From the IMG/VR virus record IMGVR_UViG_2711768067_000020: DNA of 45,899 bases. One strand, 5' to 3'. The notes beneath the pieces were generated by a model that had not been told where the DNA came from, searched no databases, and saw only the letters and a list, made by a program, of their open reading frames with translations. The stretch's first letter is position 1. Each line of letters begins with the position of its first letter. This document shows, piece after piece, positions 1-9,353 of the stretch. This DNA comes from a virus (lineage: Duplodnaviria; Heunggongvirae; Uroviricota; Caudoviricetes). A program made the position numbers and the translations under genes.

Positions 1-177
1 AATAAATTTATAAGCGCAGTCCTGAGCAGCCGGATAATGTTCCAGGAATTGCCAGTGAAATTTTGCGCGGGCGCGACATTCATCACCGGCTTCAATGGCA
101 GTGGCTACAGCGACTGCACCTTCTTCCTTTATTGCCTGTTCGTCCGGAATGGCGGCGCAAATAAAGACTTTACTCAT
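1..177 (-). CDS. Early-left operon protein, 3' end cut by window edge (Qin YdfE-like position)
   Basis: ATG at 177 on - strand preceded by GAGGT SD; N-terminus MSKVFICAAIPDEQAIKEEG; frame stays open to window start; lies downstream of ydfD/dicB on the same strand. Confidence 0.45.
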   Translation of the reverse strand, partial: MSKVFICAAIPDEQAIKEEGAVAVATAIEAGDECRARAKFHWQFLEHYPAAQDCAYKFI

Positions 178-269
178 TTTGTTTTACCTCATTACAGATT
201 TAAGGGTGAACAAATCCCTGCCATTGCTGGCATATAAGAATGAAACCGGATATTTATTACGGAACTGTT

Positions 270-461
270 TTAAAGACCTGCCGGGATTTCGTTATTATCC
301 TGGTGAATAACTTTATCGACCGGGTAACAGTTACCGGGAATTTTCTGTTCGGTTGCTGCAGTCACACACTCCTGCATTGTCCTGTGAACACTGACTGCAA
401 TATCAACTGGCTCTCCGGAAACAAGAAAAACTGTCAGAACAAGTGCAAATGCTGTATTCAT
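270..461 (-). CDS. ydfD: YdfD-like small lysis protein
   Basis: Internal ATG of track ORF 270..515 gives 63 aa MNTAFALVLTVFLVSGEPVD... with hydrophobic N-terminus; ATG overlaps dicB stop (ATGA); same size and position as Qin YdfD. Confidence 0.65.
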   Translation of the reverse strand: MNTAFALVLTVFLVSGEPVDIAVSVHRTMQECVTAATEQKIPGNCYPVDKVIHQDNNEIPAGL

Positions 462-646
462 TGCCAGCATCCTTTTTGTATCGGACGTAAACGGGCCAGC
501 ATTGAAAGAATGCATATTTTATTTAATAACTCCCGTTCGTGTTTTCTCTTGTTAATGGCATCTTCAGTAAATACAGGGTTACTGATAGTGACACCAATTT
601 CAAAACAACCTTCAGACGTATTAACGTTTGGTAATAACGTTTCCAT
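458..646 (-). CDS. dicB: DicB-like cell division inhibitor
   Basis: Internal ATG of track ORF 458..751 gives 62 aa METLLPNVNTSEGCFEIGVTISNPVFTEDAINKRKHERELLNKICILSMLARL..., matching DicB as remembered; sits downstream of DicF as in Qin. Confidence 0.8.
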   Translation of the reverse strand: METLLPNVNTSEGCFEIGVTISNPVFTEDAINKRKHERELLNKICILSMLARLRPIQKGCWQ

Positions 647-820
647 TATCGCGTCCTCAACAATGAATTTTGTGATGCGATGCCTGGTGCCTCCAGGTGA
701 CGTTAACCAGTTAACAATTAACGCCGGATACAGAGAATCCACCCATAACACTGTTTTTGGTTTTAACTGTTCCGCGTGCGCTCAGCCGCATTCACCACAT
801 CACAAAATTCACTTTAAAAA

Positions 821-873
821 GGGCGGCAGAGCAGTCACGGAGTAAAACTGATACCGCCAAACGTCACCAGAAA
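821..873 (-). ncRNA. dicF: DicF small RNA (ftsZ-repressing sRNA) with T-run terminator
   Basis: Reverse complement reads UUUCUGGUGACGUUUGGCGGUAUCAGUUUUACUCCGUGACUGCUCUGCCGCCC followed by UUUUU, identical to the 53-nt DicF sequence as I recall it; coordinates +/-2. Confidence 0.8.
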
Positions 874-1214
874 ATTGATAACAGAGGGCGTTGCAGCGGG
901 GTTGTCACTTAAGCGTATGGTCAACCTGACAACCCGGTGTCCTCAACGGGGGAAGGAATAACCCCGCCATACTTACCGCCGCGCCATTTCGCGGATTGCC
1001 ACAACCGGAAGCGCACGGTCGACGAAAATTTAACGACAGGCTATCTATGAACCAGCTACCTCGCCGTGCGCTTTCGCGTTATGGTCTGACTTTTCAGGGA
1101 AATATCCTTTCAGTAAACTGTCAATGCCGGATGCTCACCCGTGTCCGGCGCACGCACTCCACCTCACCCGTGGAGAACTCCTTAATTACTAACCTTAGCT
1201 TTGTTGATTAGCTA

Positions 1215-1433
1215 CTAACGCGGGTATGTAATCATTCTGGCAATGCTTAATGCCGCTGCTTTTTCCAGATTGGTGATATCCTGCTCCAGAGCGGACAGAT
1301 TTTCAGCCTGCTTAGCTCTGGCTTCATTGGCCCATTTCAGATCCTGCGCTGCATTAATTTTCTGGTGCATCCACTCATAAAGTTCATCATCGGTATAGTC
1401 TGGCGCGATGATGACGGGTTCTCGTTTCTGCAT
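1215..1433 (-). CDS. ydfC: YdfC-like early-left operon protein
   Basis: 72-aa ORF (track), same size and position as Qin YdfC upstream of DicF. Confidence 0.55.
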   Translation of the reverse strand: MQKREPVIIAPDYTDDELYEWMHQKINAAQDLKWANEARAKQAENLSALEQDITNLEKAAALSIARMITYPR

Positions 1434-1462
1434 ACTGATTCCTCGCGGTGCTGTTTCGCTTA

Positions 1463-1591
1463 TCAGCCGTTAGATTTTGCCGAGCTGGAAAGCGCCTGTT
1501 TAAACTCACTGAAGCTGAGAGCTTCTTCGCCTTCGGCAAGGCCTTCGAAGTATTCTTCGTAAGCCTTTTCCATGATTGTGTCGAAATCCAT
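1463..1591 (-). CDS. ydfB: YdfB-like small protein
   Basis: 42-aa ORF read by eye on - strand: MDFDTIMEKAYEEYFEGLAEGEEALSFSEFKQALSSSAKSNG; below track size cutoff; coordinates approximate. Confidence 0.5.
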   Translation of the reverse strand: MDFDTIMEKAYEEYFEGLAEGEEALSFSEFKQALSSSAKSNG

Positions 1592-1592
1592 A

Positions 1593-1748
1593 TCACTCAC
1601 CTGAGTTTCTTTCCAGCCAGCGACGGGCACCATTTTCGGTTTTAAACGTTTTGCTTTTGGTATACGTCATCGCGGTGAATGTGCCGTCCTGGTTGGGAAA
1701 CACGCCGTACACCAGAGATTCGTTGTTGCCAAGACCGATAGTATCCAT
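1593..1748 (-). CDS. ydfA: YdfA-like small protein
   Basis: Internal ATG of track ORF 1593..1802 gives 51 aa MDTIGLGNNESLVYGVFPNQDGTFTAMTYTKSKTFKTENGARRWLERNSGE; first gene downstream of the repressor promoter. Confidence 0.55.
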   Translation of the reverse strand: MDTIGLGNNESLVYGVFPNQDGTFTAMTYTKSKTFKTENGARRWLERNSGE

Positions 1749-1949
1749 GTTGACCTCATTTCCCCTTAACGCCGGAGTAGCGGAACTGTTTGCTGAGAAC
1801 ACCGTGCGGTGTCTTGATGAGTGAAATTTAGAATAACCTAAGGCATATGGTCAAGATTTTTATGTAGAAAAACCTAAGTTTTTTGGTGTAAAAAACACAA
1901 GTGTTTGAAAGTTTGTGCTTTTTATTACAGGGTGTGGAGAAAAAAGGGG

Positions 1950-2357
1950 TTATTTGTTTGCGCTTCTTTTGCGAGCTTTAAGTAGTTCTTCAAAAAGTTT
2001 GTTGAAATTTTCAACTCGAGCACGCATCTCTGACAACAGGGCCTTTTGCTCTGAGTCAGGCAGTGCGTCGAACAGTTGAAGTAACTCTTTTTGATCTTCT
2101 GTCAGAATGGCTGGCTGATTATTCGGGATCGGTTCGCCTGGTTGTTTATCTTCATCCCCAAAAAGAAGCCAAGTCGGTGAGCACTGAAGCGCTTGGCTCA
2201 GTGCGAATAATCTTTTCCCCGCCGGCTGTGTTTCATCTCTTTCCCATTGAGAAATTGTTACGTGAGCCACTTTGACCAGCTTACCTAATGCGGCCTGAGA
2301 CAGTTTTAATTTTTTACGCCTATGTAAGAGGCGAGCACCGAAGGTTTCGTTTTTCAT
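1950..2357 (-). CDS. dicA: DicA-like HTH (XRE-family) prophage repressor
   Basis: 135 aa; N-terminal helix-turn-helix LSQAALGKLVKVAHVTISQWERDETQP; divergently oriented to a Cro-like gene; no S24 peptidase domain, as in DicA. Confidence 0.85.
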   Translation of the reverse strand: MKNETFGARLLHRRKKLKLSQAALGKLVKVAHVTISQWERDETQPAGKRLFALSQALQCSPTWLLFGDEDKQPGEPIPNNQPAILTEDQKELLQLFDALPDSEQKALLSEMRARVENFNKLFEELLKARKRSANK

Positions 2358-2433
2358 ATTAGGGAATTCTAATTTTTCTTGACTTAGGTTTCTCTACGAT
2401 CTAGTTTCCTTAGGAAAATCTAAGGAGCTCGAT
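2358..2433. promoter_or_regulatory. Divergent immunity promoter/operator region between dicA and dicC
   Basis: Palindrome CCTTAGG-AAAAT-CTAAGG overlapping the dicC SD; TTGACT...TACGAT promoter-like hexamers; related CCTAAGG half-sites around 1838-1890 upstream of the ydfA operon. Confidence 0.5.
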
Positions 2434-2661
2434 ATGTTGAAAATTGATGCTATAGCGTTTTTTGGCAGCAAAACAAAGCTTGCCAATGCCGCAGGAGTTA
2501 GGTTGGCAAGCATTGCTGCATGGGGGGAACTGGTTCCTGAAGGTCGCGCGATGCGCCTGCAAGAGGCATCCGGCGGGGAACTTCAGTACGACCCCAAAGT
2601 TTATGACGAATATCGTAAGGCAAAGCGGGCGGGGCGGTTGAACAATGAAAATCACCCCTGA
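2434..2661 (+). CDS. dicC: DicC-like Cro-type regulator
   Basis: 75 aa MLKIDAIAFFGSKTKLANAAGVRLASIAAWGELVPEGRAMRLQEASGGELQYDPKVYDEYRK; TAAGGAG SD; matches DicC as remembered. Confidence 0.8.
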   Translation: MLKIDAIAFFGSKTKLANAAGVRLASIAAWGELVPEGRAMRLQEASGGELQYDPKVYDEYRKAKRAGRLNNENHP

Positions 2662-3196
2662 ACAGGTTTGTGAGGCTCTGGATGCCTGGGTATGCCGACC
2701 AGGAATGACACAGGAGCAGGCGACGATATTAATCACGGAAGCATTCTGGGCTCTGAAAGAACGCCCGAACATCGATGTTCAACGCGTCACGTTTGATGAT
2801 GGCGCGGTTGATCAACGGGCGCTGGGCGTTAACCGGGTGAAGATATTCGAACGCTGGAAATCTATCGACACCAGGGATAAGCGGGAAAAATTCACGGCGC
2901 TGATTCCGGCAATTATGGCGGCTATCCGGATCAGTGATTTCAGGTTGTATCGTGAAATTACTGACGGAAAAAGCATTACGTACATGATCGCCGGGTTAAA
3001 CAAAGAATATGGCGATGTGGTGGAGTCAGGGCTACTTTTTGCGGATCCAGCTGTTGTGGAACGTGAGACTGACGAACTTATAGAAAAAGCTATTGCTTTC
3101 AAGCGTGCGTATCGTCAGCAATACCAACATTACTTTGCAGATAAACAAATATCTGTCTGGGGTTCGTATGAGTATCGATGCGCTACGATGGGCTAA
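2645..3196 (+). CDS. Phage early protein of unknown function (occupies cII-like position)
   Basis: 183-aa ORF whose ATG overlaps the dicC stop; no motif I can name. Confidence 0.5.
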   Translation: MKITPEQVCEALDAWVCRPGMTQEQATILITEAFWALKERPNIDVQRVTFDDGAVDQRALGVNRVKIFERWKSIDTRDKREKFTALIPAIMAAIRISDFRLYREITDGKSITYMIAGLNKEYGDVVESGLLFADPAVVERETDELIEKAIAFKRAYRQQYQHYFADKQISVWGSYEYRCATMG

Positions 3197-4208
3197 AAAG
3201 GTGAAAACCGGCAGTTCATCCAGTAAGTCAGTATTGACCTGGCTTGCTGATATGTGCGGTGCCGATTTGTGTGCATACCCGTCTGTATCTGCACTGGCAG
3301 AAGTAACGGAACTGAACAAAAAGACTGTGCAGGACAGCTTACGACACCTGATGGAGATTGGGTTAATTGTTGATACCGGTGAGAGAAAAGGCCGGACAAA
3401 ACAAATTGTGGTGTACCGACTTATCGGTGTTGAAGAAAGTGTTACCGAGGATGAATACACCCAAAAACGGGAGTCTTTAAAGGTAGGTAAAATTGGTACT
3501 GTTAATAAAAACAGAACCGAAAACGGTTATGTTTCAGCACAAAACAGCCCCAAAAACGGAACTCTTTGCTGCATGGAAAATAACCAAAGACACCCAAATT
3601 TTCCATCAAAGACACCCAAAAACGGATCACGGAACCCAAAGGAACCCAAAGATTTAAACCCCACACATAACGCACGCGAGAGTGCTCCGACCAGTGAGCA
3701 GGAAGTTTTGTCGTTACAGGCAGTCCCCCCTGTATTCCTGGATGGCCTGAGCGAACCCATCGGAAAATTTCCGATGACCGATAACTGGTATCCGTCACGG
3801 GATTTTCGACGACGGGCTGCGTTGTGGGGGATGGCTTTGCCGGAGACAGAATTCACACCTGCTGAACTTGCCGCATTCCGGGACTACTGGGCAGCGGAGG
3901 GGAAAGTGTTTACGCAGGTTCAGTGGGAGCAGAAATTCGCCCGTCACGTAAATCACGTCAGGGCGCAGGTTAAACCAGTCAGCAAGGGGGTAAACCATGC
4001 AGCAGCACCAGGTGGAACCGCATCACGGGCAGTTCAGGAAATTCGGGCAGCACGTGAGCAGTGGGAACGTGAAAACGGATTTATCAGCGACGGAAACGGC
4101 CTGGAAGCTGTGGGAGCTCATGGGGGAGGTTTATTCGAACCGCTGGACCCAGAAGAACGGGGCCGCACCTTCGAAGCTCTGGATTGCACAGATTGGCGCG
4201 ATGACTGA
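3168..4208 (+). CDS. Replication initiation protein (O-like; HTH N-terminus, DnaT-like C-terminal segment)
   Basis: Internal ATG of track ORF 3093..4208; MSIDALRWAKKV...; C-terminal region TPAELAAFRDYWAAEGKVFTQVQWEQKFARHV resembles the DnaT/primosomal C-domain found in phage replication initiators. Confidence 0.6.
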   Translation: MSIDALRWAKKVKTGSSSSKSVLTWLADMCGADLCAYPSVSALAEVTELNKKTVQDSLRHLMEIGLIVDTGERKGRTKQIVVYRLIGVEESVTEDEYTQKRESLKVGKIGTVNKNRTENGYVSAQNSPKNGTLCCMENNQRHPNFPSKTPKNGSRNPKEPKDLNPTHNARESAPTSEQEVLSLQAVPPVFLDGLSEPIGKFPMTDNWYPSRDFRRRAALWGMALPETEFTPAELAAFRDYWAAEGKVFTQVQWEQKFARHVNHVRAQVKPVSKGVNHAAAPGGTASRAVQEIRAAREQWERENGFISDGNGLEAVGAHGGGLFEPLDPEERGRTFEALDCTDWRDD

Positions 4209-4662
4209 GCAGCAAATCCGGCAGGTCTGCCGCCAGTGCATGGACTGCTGCCGGGCGGGTGAAACATGGCCTCCGGACCTGGCTGAGTTTGTGGCGCTGA
4301 TTTCGGAAAGCGGGGCCAATCCATTTGGTCTGACGGTGGATGCTGTGATGGAGGAGTACCGCCGCTGGCGCAATGAGTCCTGGCGATACGACGGAAGTGA
4401 TAAGTACCCGTGGTCTCAGCCTGTGCTGTATCACATTTGCCTCGAGATGCGTTCAAAGGGGATTGAACGCCAGATGACCGAAGGGGAGTTAAAACGGCTT
4501 GCAGAACGGCAGCTGACGAAATGGGCAAAGCATGTTAGCAACGGCCTGAGTGTTCCGCCTGTCCGGCGACAACTGGCAGCACCCAAACGTCCTGCGGGAC
4601 CAACGCCAATTGAGTTGCTGAAACAGGAATATGAACGCCGGAAAGCGGCTGGGTTTGTCTGA
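3997..4662 (+). CDS. Replication protein P-like (DnaB helicase loader)
   Basis: C-terminal half aligns by eye with lambda P (EYRRWRNESWRYDGSDKYPWSQPVLYHICLEMRSKG vs lambda YEYCRKRGLYPDAESYPWKSNAHYWLV); AAGGGGG SD before ATG 3997; start could instead be ATG 4201. Confidence 0.6.
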   Translation: MQQHQVEPHHGQFRKFGQHVSSGNVKTDLSATETAWKLWELMGEVYSNRWTQKNGAAPSKLWIAQIGAMTEQQIRQVCRQCMDCCRAGETWPPDLAEFVALISESGANPFGLTVDAVMEEYRRWRNESWRYDGSDKYPWSQPVLYHICLEMRSKGIERQMTEGELKRLAERQLTKWAKHVSNGLSVPPVRRQLAAPKRPAGPTPIELLKQEYERRKAAGFV

Positions 4663-4694
4663 TTTGAGAAGTAATTTTTACCGGGAGGAAATTT

Positions 4695-5441
4695 ATGGAG
4701 ACTGTTTTTGACGCACTGAAAGCGATGGGAAAAGCCACGTCGGTAGAGCTGGCTGCGCGACTTGATATCAGTCGTGAAGAAGTGCTGAACGAGCTGTGGG
4801 AACTGAGAAAGGCTGGCTTCGTTGATAAAAGCGTATACACCTGGCGTGTGGCTTATAACAACGTTCAGCAGGAACAGCCAGCGCCGGCAGAACTGTCGGA
4901 AGAAACCACCACGGCAACAGTCGCTAAAATTTCGGAGTGCGATTTAACTGCGACGGTTGAACAACGCGGACCACAAACGGCTGATGAGCTGGCTACGTTG
5001 TTCGGTACAACATCACGCAAAGTGGCTTCAACGCTGGCAATGGCAATCAGCAAAGGTCGTCTGATTCGTGTAAACCAGAACGGTAAATTTCGTTACTGCA
5101 TGCCGGGCGATAAGTTACCAGCAGAGCCGAAATCCGTGCCGGTAACGGAAAATGATGGTAAAGCCTTTCCTCAGCCAGCAGGTGTTGCGTTACCAGTACA
5201 GGAAGCTGCAACACAGGAAGATATTAAAACAGAAACTGTGGCTGATATTGTGCAATCGTTGCCATCGTTTACTGAAACGCGAGCGGATGACCTGGTTTTA
5301 CCATCGCTGCATATGGCAAACCGCGAATTGCGTCGGGCGAAAAGTCATGTCCAGAAGTGGGAGCGAGTCTGCGCCGCGCTGCGGGAGCTGAACAAGCACC
5401 GAGATATGGTTGCCGGGATTTGTCGGAAGTCCGGGCAATGA
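4695..5441 (+). CDS. Phage protein of unknown function
   Basis: 248-aa ORF with GGAGG SD; N-terminal region winged-helix-like; function not assignable. Confidence 0.5.
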   Translation: METVFDALKAMGKATSVELAARLDISREEVLNELWELRKAGFVDKSVYTWRVAYNNVQQEQPAPAELSEETTTATVAKISECDLTATVEQRGPQTADELATLFGTTSRKVASTLAMAISKGRLIRVNQNGKFRYCMPGDKLPAEPKSVPVTENDGKAFPQPAGVALPVQEAATQEDIKTETVADIVQSLPSFTETRADDLVLPSLHMANRELRRAKSHVQKWERVCAALRELNKHRDMVAGICRKSGQ

Positions 5442-6300
5442 GCGGATGGTGCAGGCCTGAAATTATGATACTAACAATGAAGGTAAAATGCATCGGCAGT
5501 CTGATTGGTCGTAGTGAGGCGGCGGTCAGGATGAAAGCCCGGGTTAAGGGAATAAGCCTGATTCTGCGGGGTAATTTTCACCAGTCAACAAAATATCCGT
5601 AGCGCGATAACGGTCAAAAATCATGGCGCTGACACTTTTGTGCCACTGTAGATGACTGTACCTAAGTTCAGGGGAGAAGAACACGTCCGGTGGGATGGTC
5701 GGGCCAGATTTAAAGGGCAGGTCATGGCTCCAGCCAGTACGCTGGCAATGGAGGCTGCCTGGCTGGAAATTGATATGGGAACCACGCCACTCAGGGATTT
5801 ACTGCCGGTCCAGAGAATAAATTCCTGTTACGGTTACACCACTGTGATCTTGCAAGTGCAGGAAAGTAGGTCTACACGGTAACGCGAGTGCGTGTAACTT
5901 TTGATGTTATTTCCGTAGAAACACCGGACAAATTTTCGCTGGCAGGTCATGCTGAAGGTATAAATCTGCAGATTATGGACAATTACGGATATCCGGCAAG
6001 AGCCGGAAAAAGCATGCCGCCTCTAATTCTCAGTGGAAGATGGACTTGATTATACTCATTGCATTGTCAGAAATAGTTATCCATTAAAGGCTGGCTATTC
6101 CAAACAGGATGTTGATTACAAAAATGTAATCAACATGTAAGGTTTATACTCTTCAATATGCGTATAATTTTCCTTATTTTGTTAACTTTAAATAACAAGC
6201 TATGCACGAGGTAAAGTCGGATAAGTTTATCTGGATGTAATATATATTATTTGTAGTGTTTATAACTTTATTTCATGATAACCAATAAAAGGAGTTTTTT

Positions 6301-7059
6301 ATGAGGAACATAATGGCAGGTTTTTTAATATTCCTGTCTTCTGCTGCTTATGCTGATATCAATCTGTATGGTCCTGGTGGCCCGCATACAGCCTTGCTTG
6401 ATGCAGCCAAACTTTATGCCGAAAAAACAGGTATTATAGTGAACGTTCATTACGGCCCACAGAACAAATGGAATGAAGATGCCAAAAAAAATGCAGATAT
6501 CTTGTTTGGCGCATCAGAACAATCTGCTCTGGCTATCATTCGGGACCATAAAGACAGCTTCAGTGAAAAAGATATTCAGCCTCTTTATCTGCGAAAAAGT
6601 ATTTTACTGGTAAAGAAAGGTAATCCTAAAAATATCCGGAGTATTGACGACCTGACCAGACCCGGGATTGGCGTAATTGTTAATGATGGTGGTGGTACCA
6701 GTAATACATCAGGCACTGGCGTCTGGGAAGATATTGCCGGACGTAAAGGGAATATAGAAACTGTCGCCGCAATCCGAAAAAATATTATTTTATATGCGCC
6801 CAATAGCGGAACTGCACGTAAGGCTCTTGAGAATCAGCCTGAAGCAGATGTCTGGATAACCTGGGCTGACTGGGCAGCCAGTAATCCAGAAATTGGTGAT
6901 GTCGTGGAAATAGCGCCAGACTACGTGATATGGCGTGATATGAACATTACAGTACGTCAGGATGCAAATGATGAAACCCGTCGATTTGCAGAATGGCTAC
7001 AAACCGATGAAGCGGCGCCTGCATTCAAAAAATATGGCTGGACCAGGAAAGGCACTTGA
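6301..7059 (+). CDS. paa: Paa/AcfC-like secreted solute-binding-fold protein (adherence-associated family)
   Basis: 252 aa; signal peptide MRNIMAGFLIFLSSAAYA; mature N-terminus ADINLYGPGGPH... typical of the AcfC/PEB3/Paa family; AGGAG SD; AT-rich flanks. Confidence 0.75.
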   Translation: MRNIMAGFLIFLSSAAYADINLYGPGGPHTALLDAAKLYAEKTGIIVNVHYGPQNKWNEDAKKNADILFGASEQSALAIIRDHKDSFSEKDIQPLYLRKSILLVKKGNPKNIRSIDDLTRPGIGVIVNDGGGTSNTSGTGVWEDIAGRKGNIETVAAIRKNIILYAPNSGTARKALENQPEADVWITWADWAASNPEIGDVVEIAPDYVIWRDMNITVRQDANDETRRFAEWLQTDEAAPAFKKYGWTRKGT

Positions 7060-7397
7060 CATCCTCCACGTCCTTCAGAACGTGGATTCTTTTTCCGGAT
7101 GCCGCGCCAGCGGCATGTAGGGGCAGCTCACAAAACGGAAAAAATTGTACGCTAAGCCTCGCCAGGTGAACTGAATTCATTCCGATATGGGAATTCCCAT
7201 ATCGGACGAAAACGGCTTGCTGTAACGGCAGAGTTAAGTAGAATTGCTGCGGGTGCTTGAGGCTATCTGCCTCGGGCATGAACACCAACGGCAGATAGAT
7301 AAAAGCCCCACCCGACTATAAATCGAAGTGAGGCCCCTATATGCTCGTCACATATAGATTGCCTCTTACGGACCGAAAGGTCAAGGAGAAGCAGGCT

Positions 7398-7553
7398 ATG
7401 AAGCAGCAAAAGGCGATGTTAATCGCCCTGATCGTCATCTGTTTAACCGTCATAGTGACGGCACTGGTAACGAGGAAAGACCTCTGCGAGGTACGAATCC
7501 GAACCGGCCAGACGGAGGTCGCTGTCTTCACAGCTTACGAACCTGAGGAGTAA
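7398..7553 (+). CDS. hok: Hok/Gef-family type I toxin (track ORF 7341..7553 is the overlapping mok-like leader frame)
   Basis: 51 aa MKQQKAMLIALIVICLTVIVTALVTRKDLCEVRIRTGQTEVAVFTAYEPEE; one TM helix plus conserved C-terminal region; upstream inverted repeat TCCGATATGGG-AATTC-CCATATCGGA at 7180-7215 consistent with Sok/leader structure. Confidence 0.85.
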   Translation: MKQQKAMLIALIVICLTVIVTALVTRKDLCEVRIRTGQTEVAVFTAYEPEE

Positions 7554-7623
7554 GAGACCAGGCGAGGGAGAAATCCCTCGCCACCTCTGATGTGTCAGGC
7601 ATCCTCAATGCACCCGCACTTAA

Positions 7624-7646
7624 CCCGCTTCGGCGGGTTTATTTTA
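7624..7646 (+). terminator. Rho-independent terminator / hok mRNA 3' stem-loop
   Basis: CCCGCTTCGGCGGG hairpin followed by TTTATTTT. Confidence 0.5.
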
Positions 7647-8011
7647 TCTGTAAATATTTTTATAAAAATAATGCCCACACACAGCATAAAACAAAAAGTA
7701 TCACAGATAAAAAAGGAGCGTAATGTGCAGATTTGTTGTTTTCCATATTTACTCACTTTAACATAATCAAAATTGATATGGTTGTTGTTTTGGTGGTTTC
7801 AAACGAGATGTTATGGTGATCTGGTAAAATTGCATAACATTAAAATTTAATTTATCTAATCGCTTTTAATAATAAGCGTTGTGTTTATCCCAACAATCTG
7901 TTGTTTGACTTTTATTCCATTAATGTAGGGGCTTTACACTGGAACCAGTTTATTTATACTTTATACGCCAGCCTGAACAACTGGCACCTGCTGCGCCAGC
8001 AGAGACAACCG

Positions 8012-8290
8012 ATGGCGCACGATACCAAATTACACAATTCTGATGATTCTGCCGTCTTTGCCAGCAGGTGCGGACGGCGTTTTCATGCATTCAAATCGGA
8101 CTGGTTCCAGCATCCACCATGCACTGAAGAGCAGGCTGAATGGATAATTCAGTGTTACCGCAGGCGCGGATACGAGGTTAAAAAAGCCCTTAGCCTCGAC
8201 TACCGTCACTGGATAATCTCAGTCAGATTGCCTTACTCCGAACGCCCACCGCGTCCGTCCCGTACATTCCAGCAACGCATCTGGAGGTAA
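8012..8290 (+). CDS. Hypothetical small protein (Rem-like position upstream of DUF968 gene)
   Basis: Internal ATG of track ORF 7901..8290 (MAHDTKLHNSDD...); synteny with the Qin rem-ydfU region; no motif. Confidence 0.35.
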   Translation: MAHDTKLHNSDDSAVFASRCGRRFHAFKSDWFQHPPCTEEQAEWIIQCYRRRGYEVKKALSLDYRHWIISVRLPYSERPPRPSRTFQQRIWR

Positions 8291-8291
8291 C

Positions 8292-9341
8292 GTGCGGGTA
8301 TTACTTCGACCTGTTCTGGTACCGGAACTCGGGCTGGTGGTCGTTAAGCCGGGCCGTGAATCCATGCCGGTATTCCACAATACCCGGGTACTGGTGGAGC
8401 CGGAACCGAAAAGCATGCGTAATCTGCCGTCCGGGGTCGTTCCTGCCGTTCGCCAGCCGCTGGTGGAAGACAAAACATTGCTGCCGTTTTTCAGTAACGC
8501 ACGGGTAATTCGTGCTGCTGGTGGTGCTGGTGCATTGTCTGACTGGCTGTTGCGCCATATTAAATCCTGCCAGTGGCCACACGGCGATTATCATCACAGC
8601 GAAACCGTTATTCACCGTTATGGTACCGGCGCAATGGTGTTGTGCTGGCACTGCGACAACCAGCTGCGTGACCAGACATCCGAATCACTCGAGCAACTTG
8701 CTCATCAAAATCTGTCAGCATGGATGATTGACGTCATCGGTCACGCAATAAGCGGTACGCAGGAGCGTGAATTATCTCTGGCTGAATTATCCTGGTGGGC
8801 GGTCCGCAATCAGGTGGCGGACGCGCTACCGGAAGCGGTATTACGTCGTTCGCTGGGGTTGCGTGCGGAAAAAATCCGCTCAATGTACCGTGAAAGCGAC
8901 ATCGTACCGGGAGAGCAGACCGCCACCAGCATACTGAAACAGCGCACAAAAAATCTTGCGCCGCTGCCTCACGCCCACCAGCAACAGAACCCACCACAGG
9001 AAAAGACGGTGGTCAGCATTGCCGTTGATCCTGAGTCTCCGGAATCTTTCATGAAACGACCTAAACGTCGCCGCTGGGTTAACGAGAAATACACACGCTG
9101 GGTGAAGACACAGCCGTGTGCGTGTTGTGGTAAGCCAGCCGACGATCCCCATCACCTGATTGGTCATGGTCAGGGCGGAATGGGGACAAAATCTCACGAT
9201 ATTTTCACGCTACCGCTGTGTCGGGAGCATCACAACGAGCTTCATGCGGATCCTCTGGCGTTCGAAGAAAAGCATGGTTCTCAGGTTGATTTAATTTTTC
9301 GTTTTCTTGATCACGCCTTTGCAACTGGCGTGCTTGGGTAA
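8292..9341 (+). CDS. DUF968-type nin-region protein (YdfU-like) with C-terminal HNH-like Cys/His motif
   Basis: 349 aa (GTG start); C-terminus CACCGKPADDPHHLIGHGQGGMGTKSHDIFTLPLCREHHNELH; same length as Qin YdfU. Confidence 0.6.
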   Translation: MRVLLRPVLVPELGLVVVKPGRESMPVFHNTRVLVEPEPKSMRNLPSGVVPAVRQPLVEDKTLLPFFSNARVIRAAGGAGALSDWLLRHIKSCQWPHGDYHHSETVIHRYGTGAMVLCWHCDNQLRDQTSESLEQLAHQNLSAWMIDVIGHAISGTQERELSLAELSWWAVRNQVADALPEAVLRRSLGLRAEKIRSMYRESDIVPGEQTATSILKQRTKNLAPLPHAHQQQNPPQEKTVVSIAVDPESPESFMKRPKRRRWVNEKYTRWVKTQPCACCGKPADDPHHLIGHGQGGMGTKSHDIFTLPLCREHHNELHADPLAFEEKHGSQVDLIFRFLDHAFATGVLG

Positions 9342-9353
9342 AAGAGGTGAGTG

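Noticed and set aside
240-845. 201-aa + strand ORF, Cys-rich
   Set aside because: Lies antisense to the ydfD/dicB/DicF genes; low-complexity Cys/His-rich translation typical of a reverse-frame artefact
5465-5880. Short ORFs (about 45-76 aa) between the DUF1627-like gene and paa
   Set aside because: No RBS or conserved motif, and they sit at the boundary of the AT-rich insertion; more likely gene remnants than functional genes
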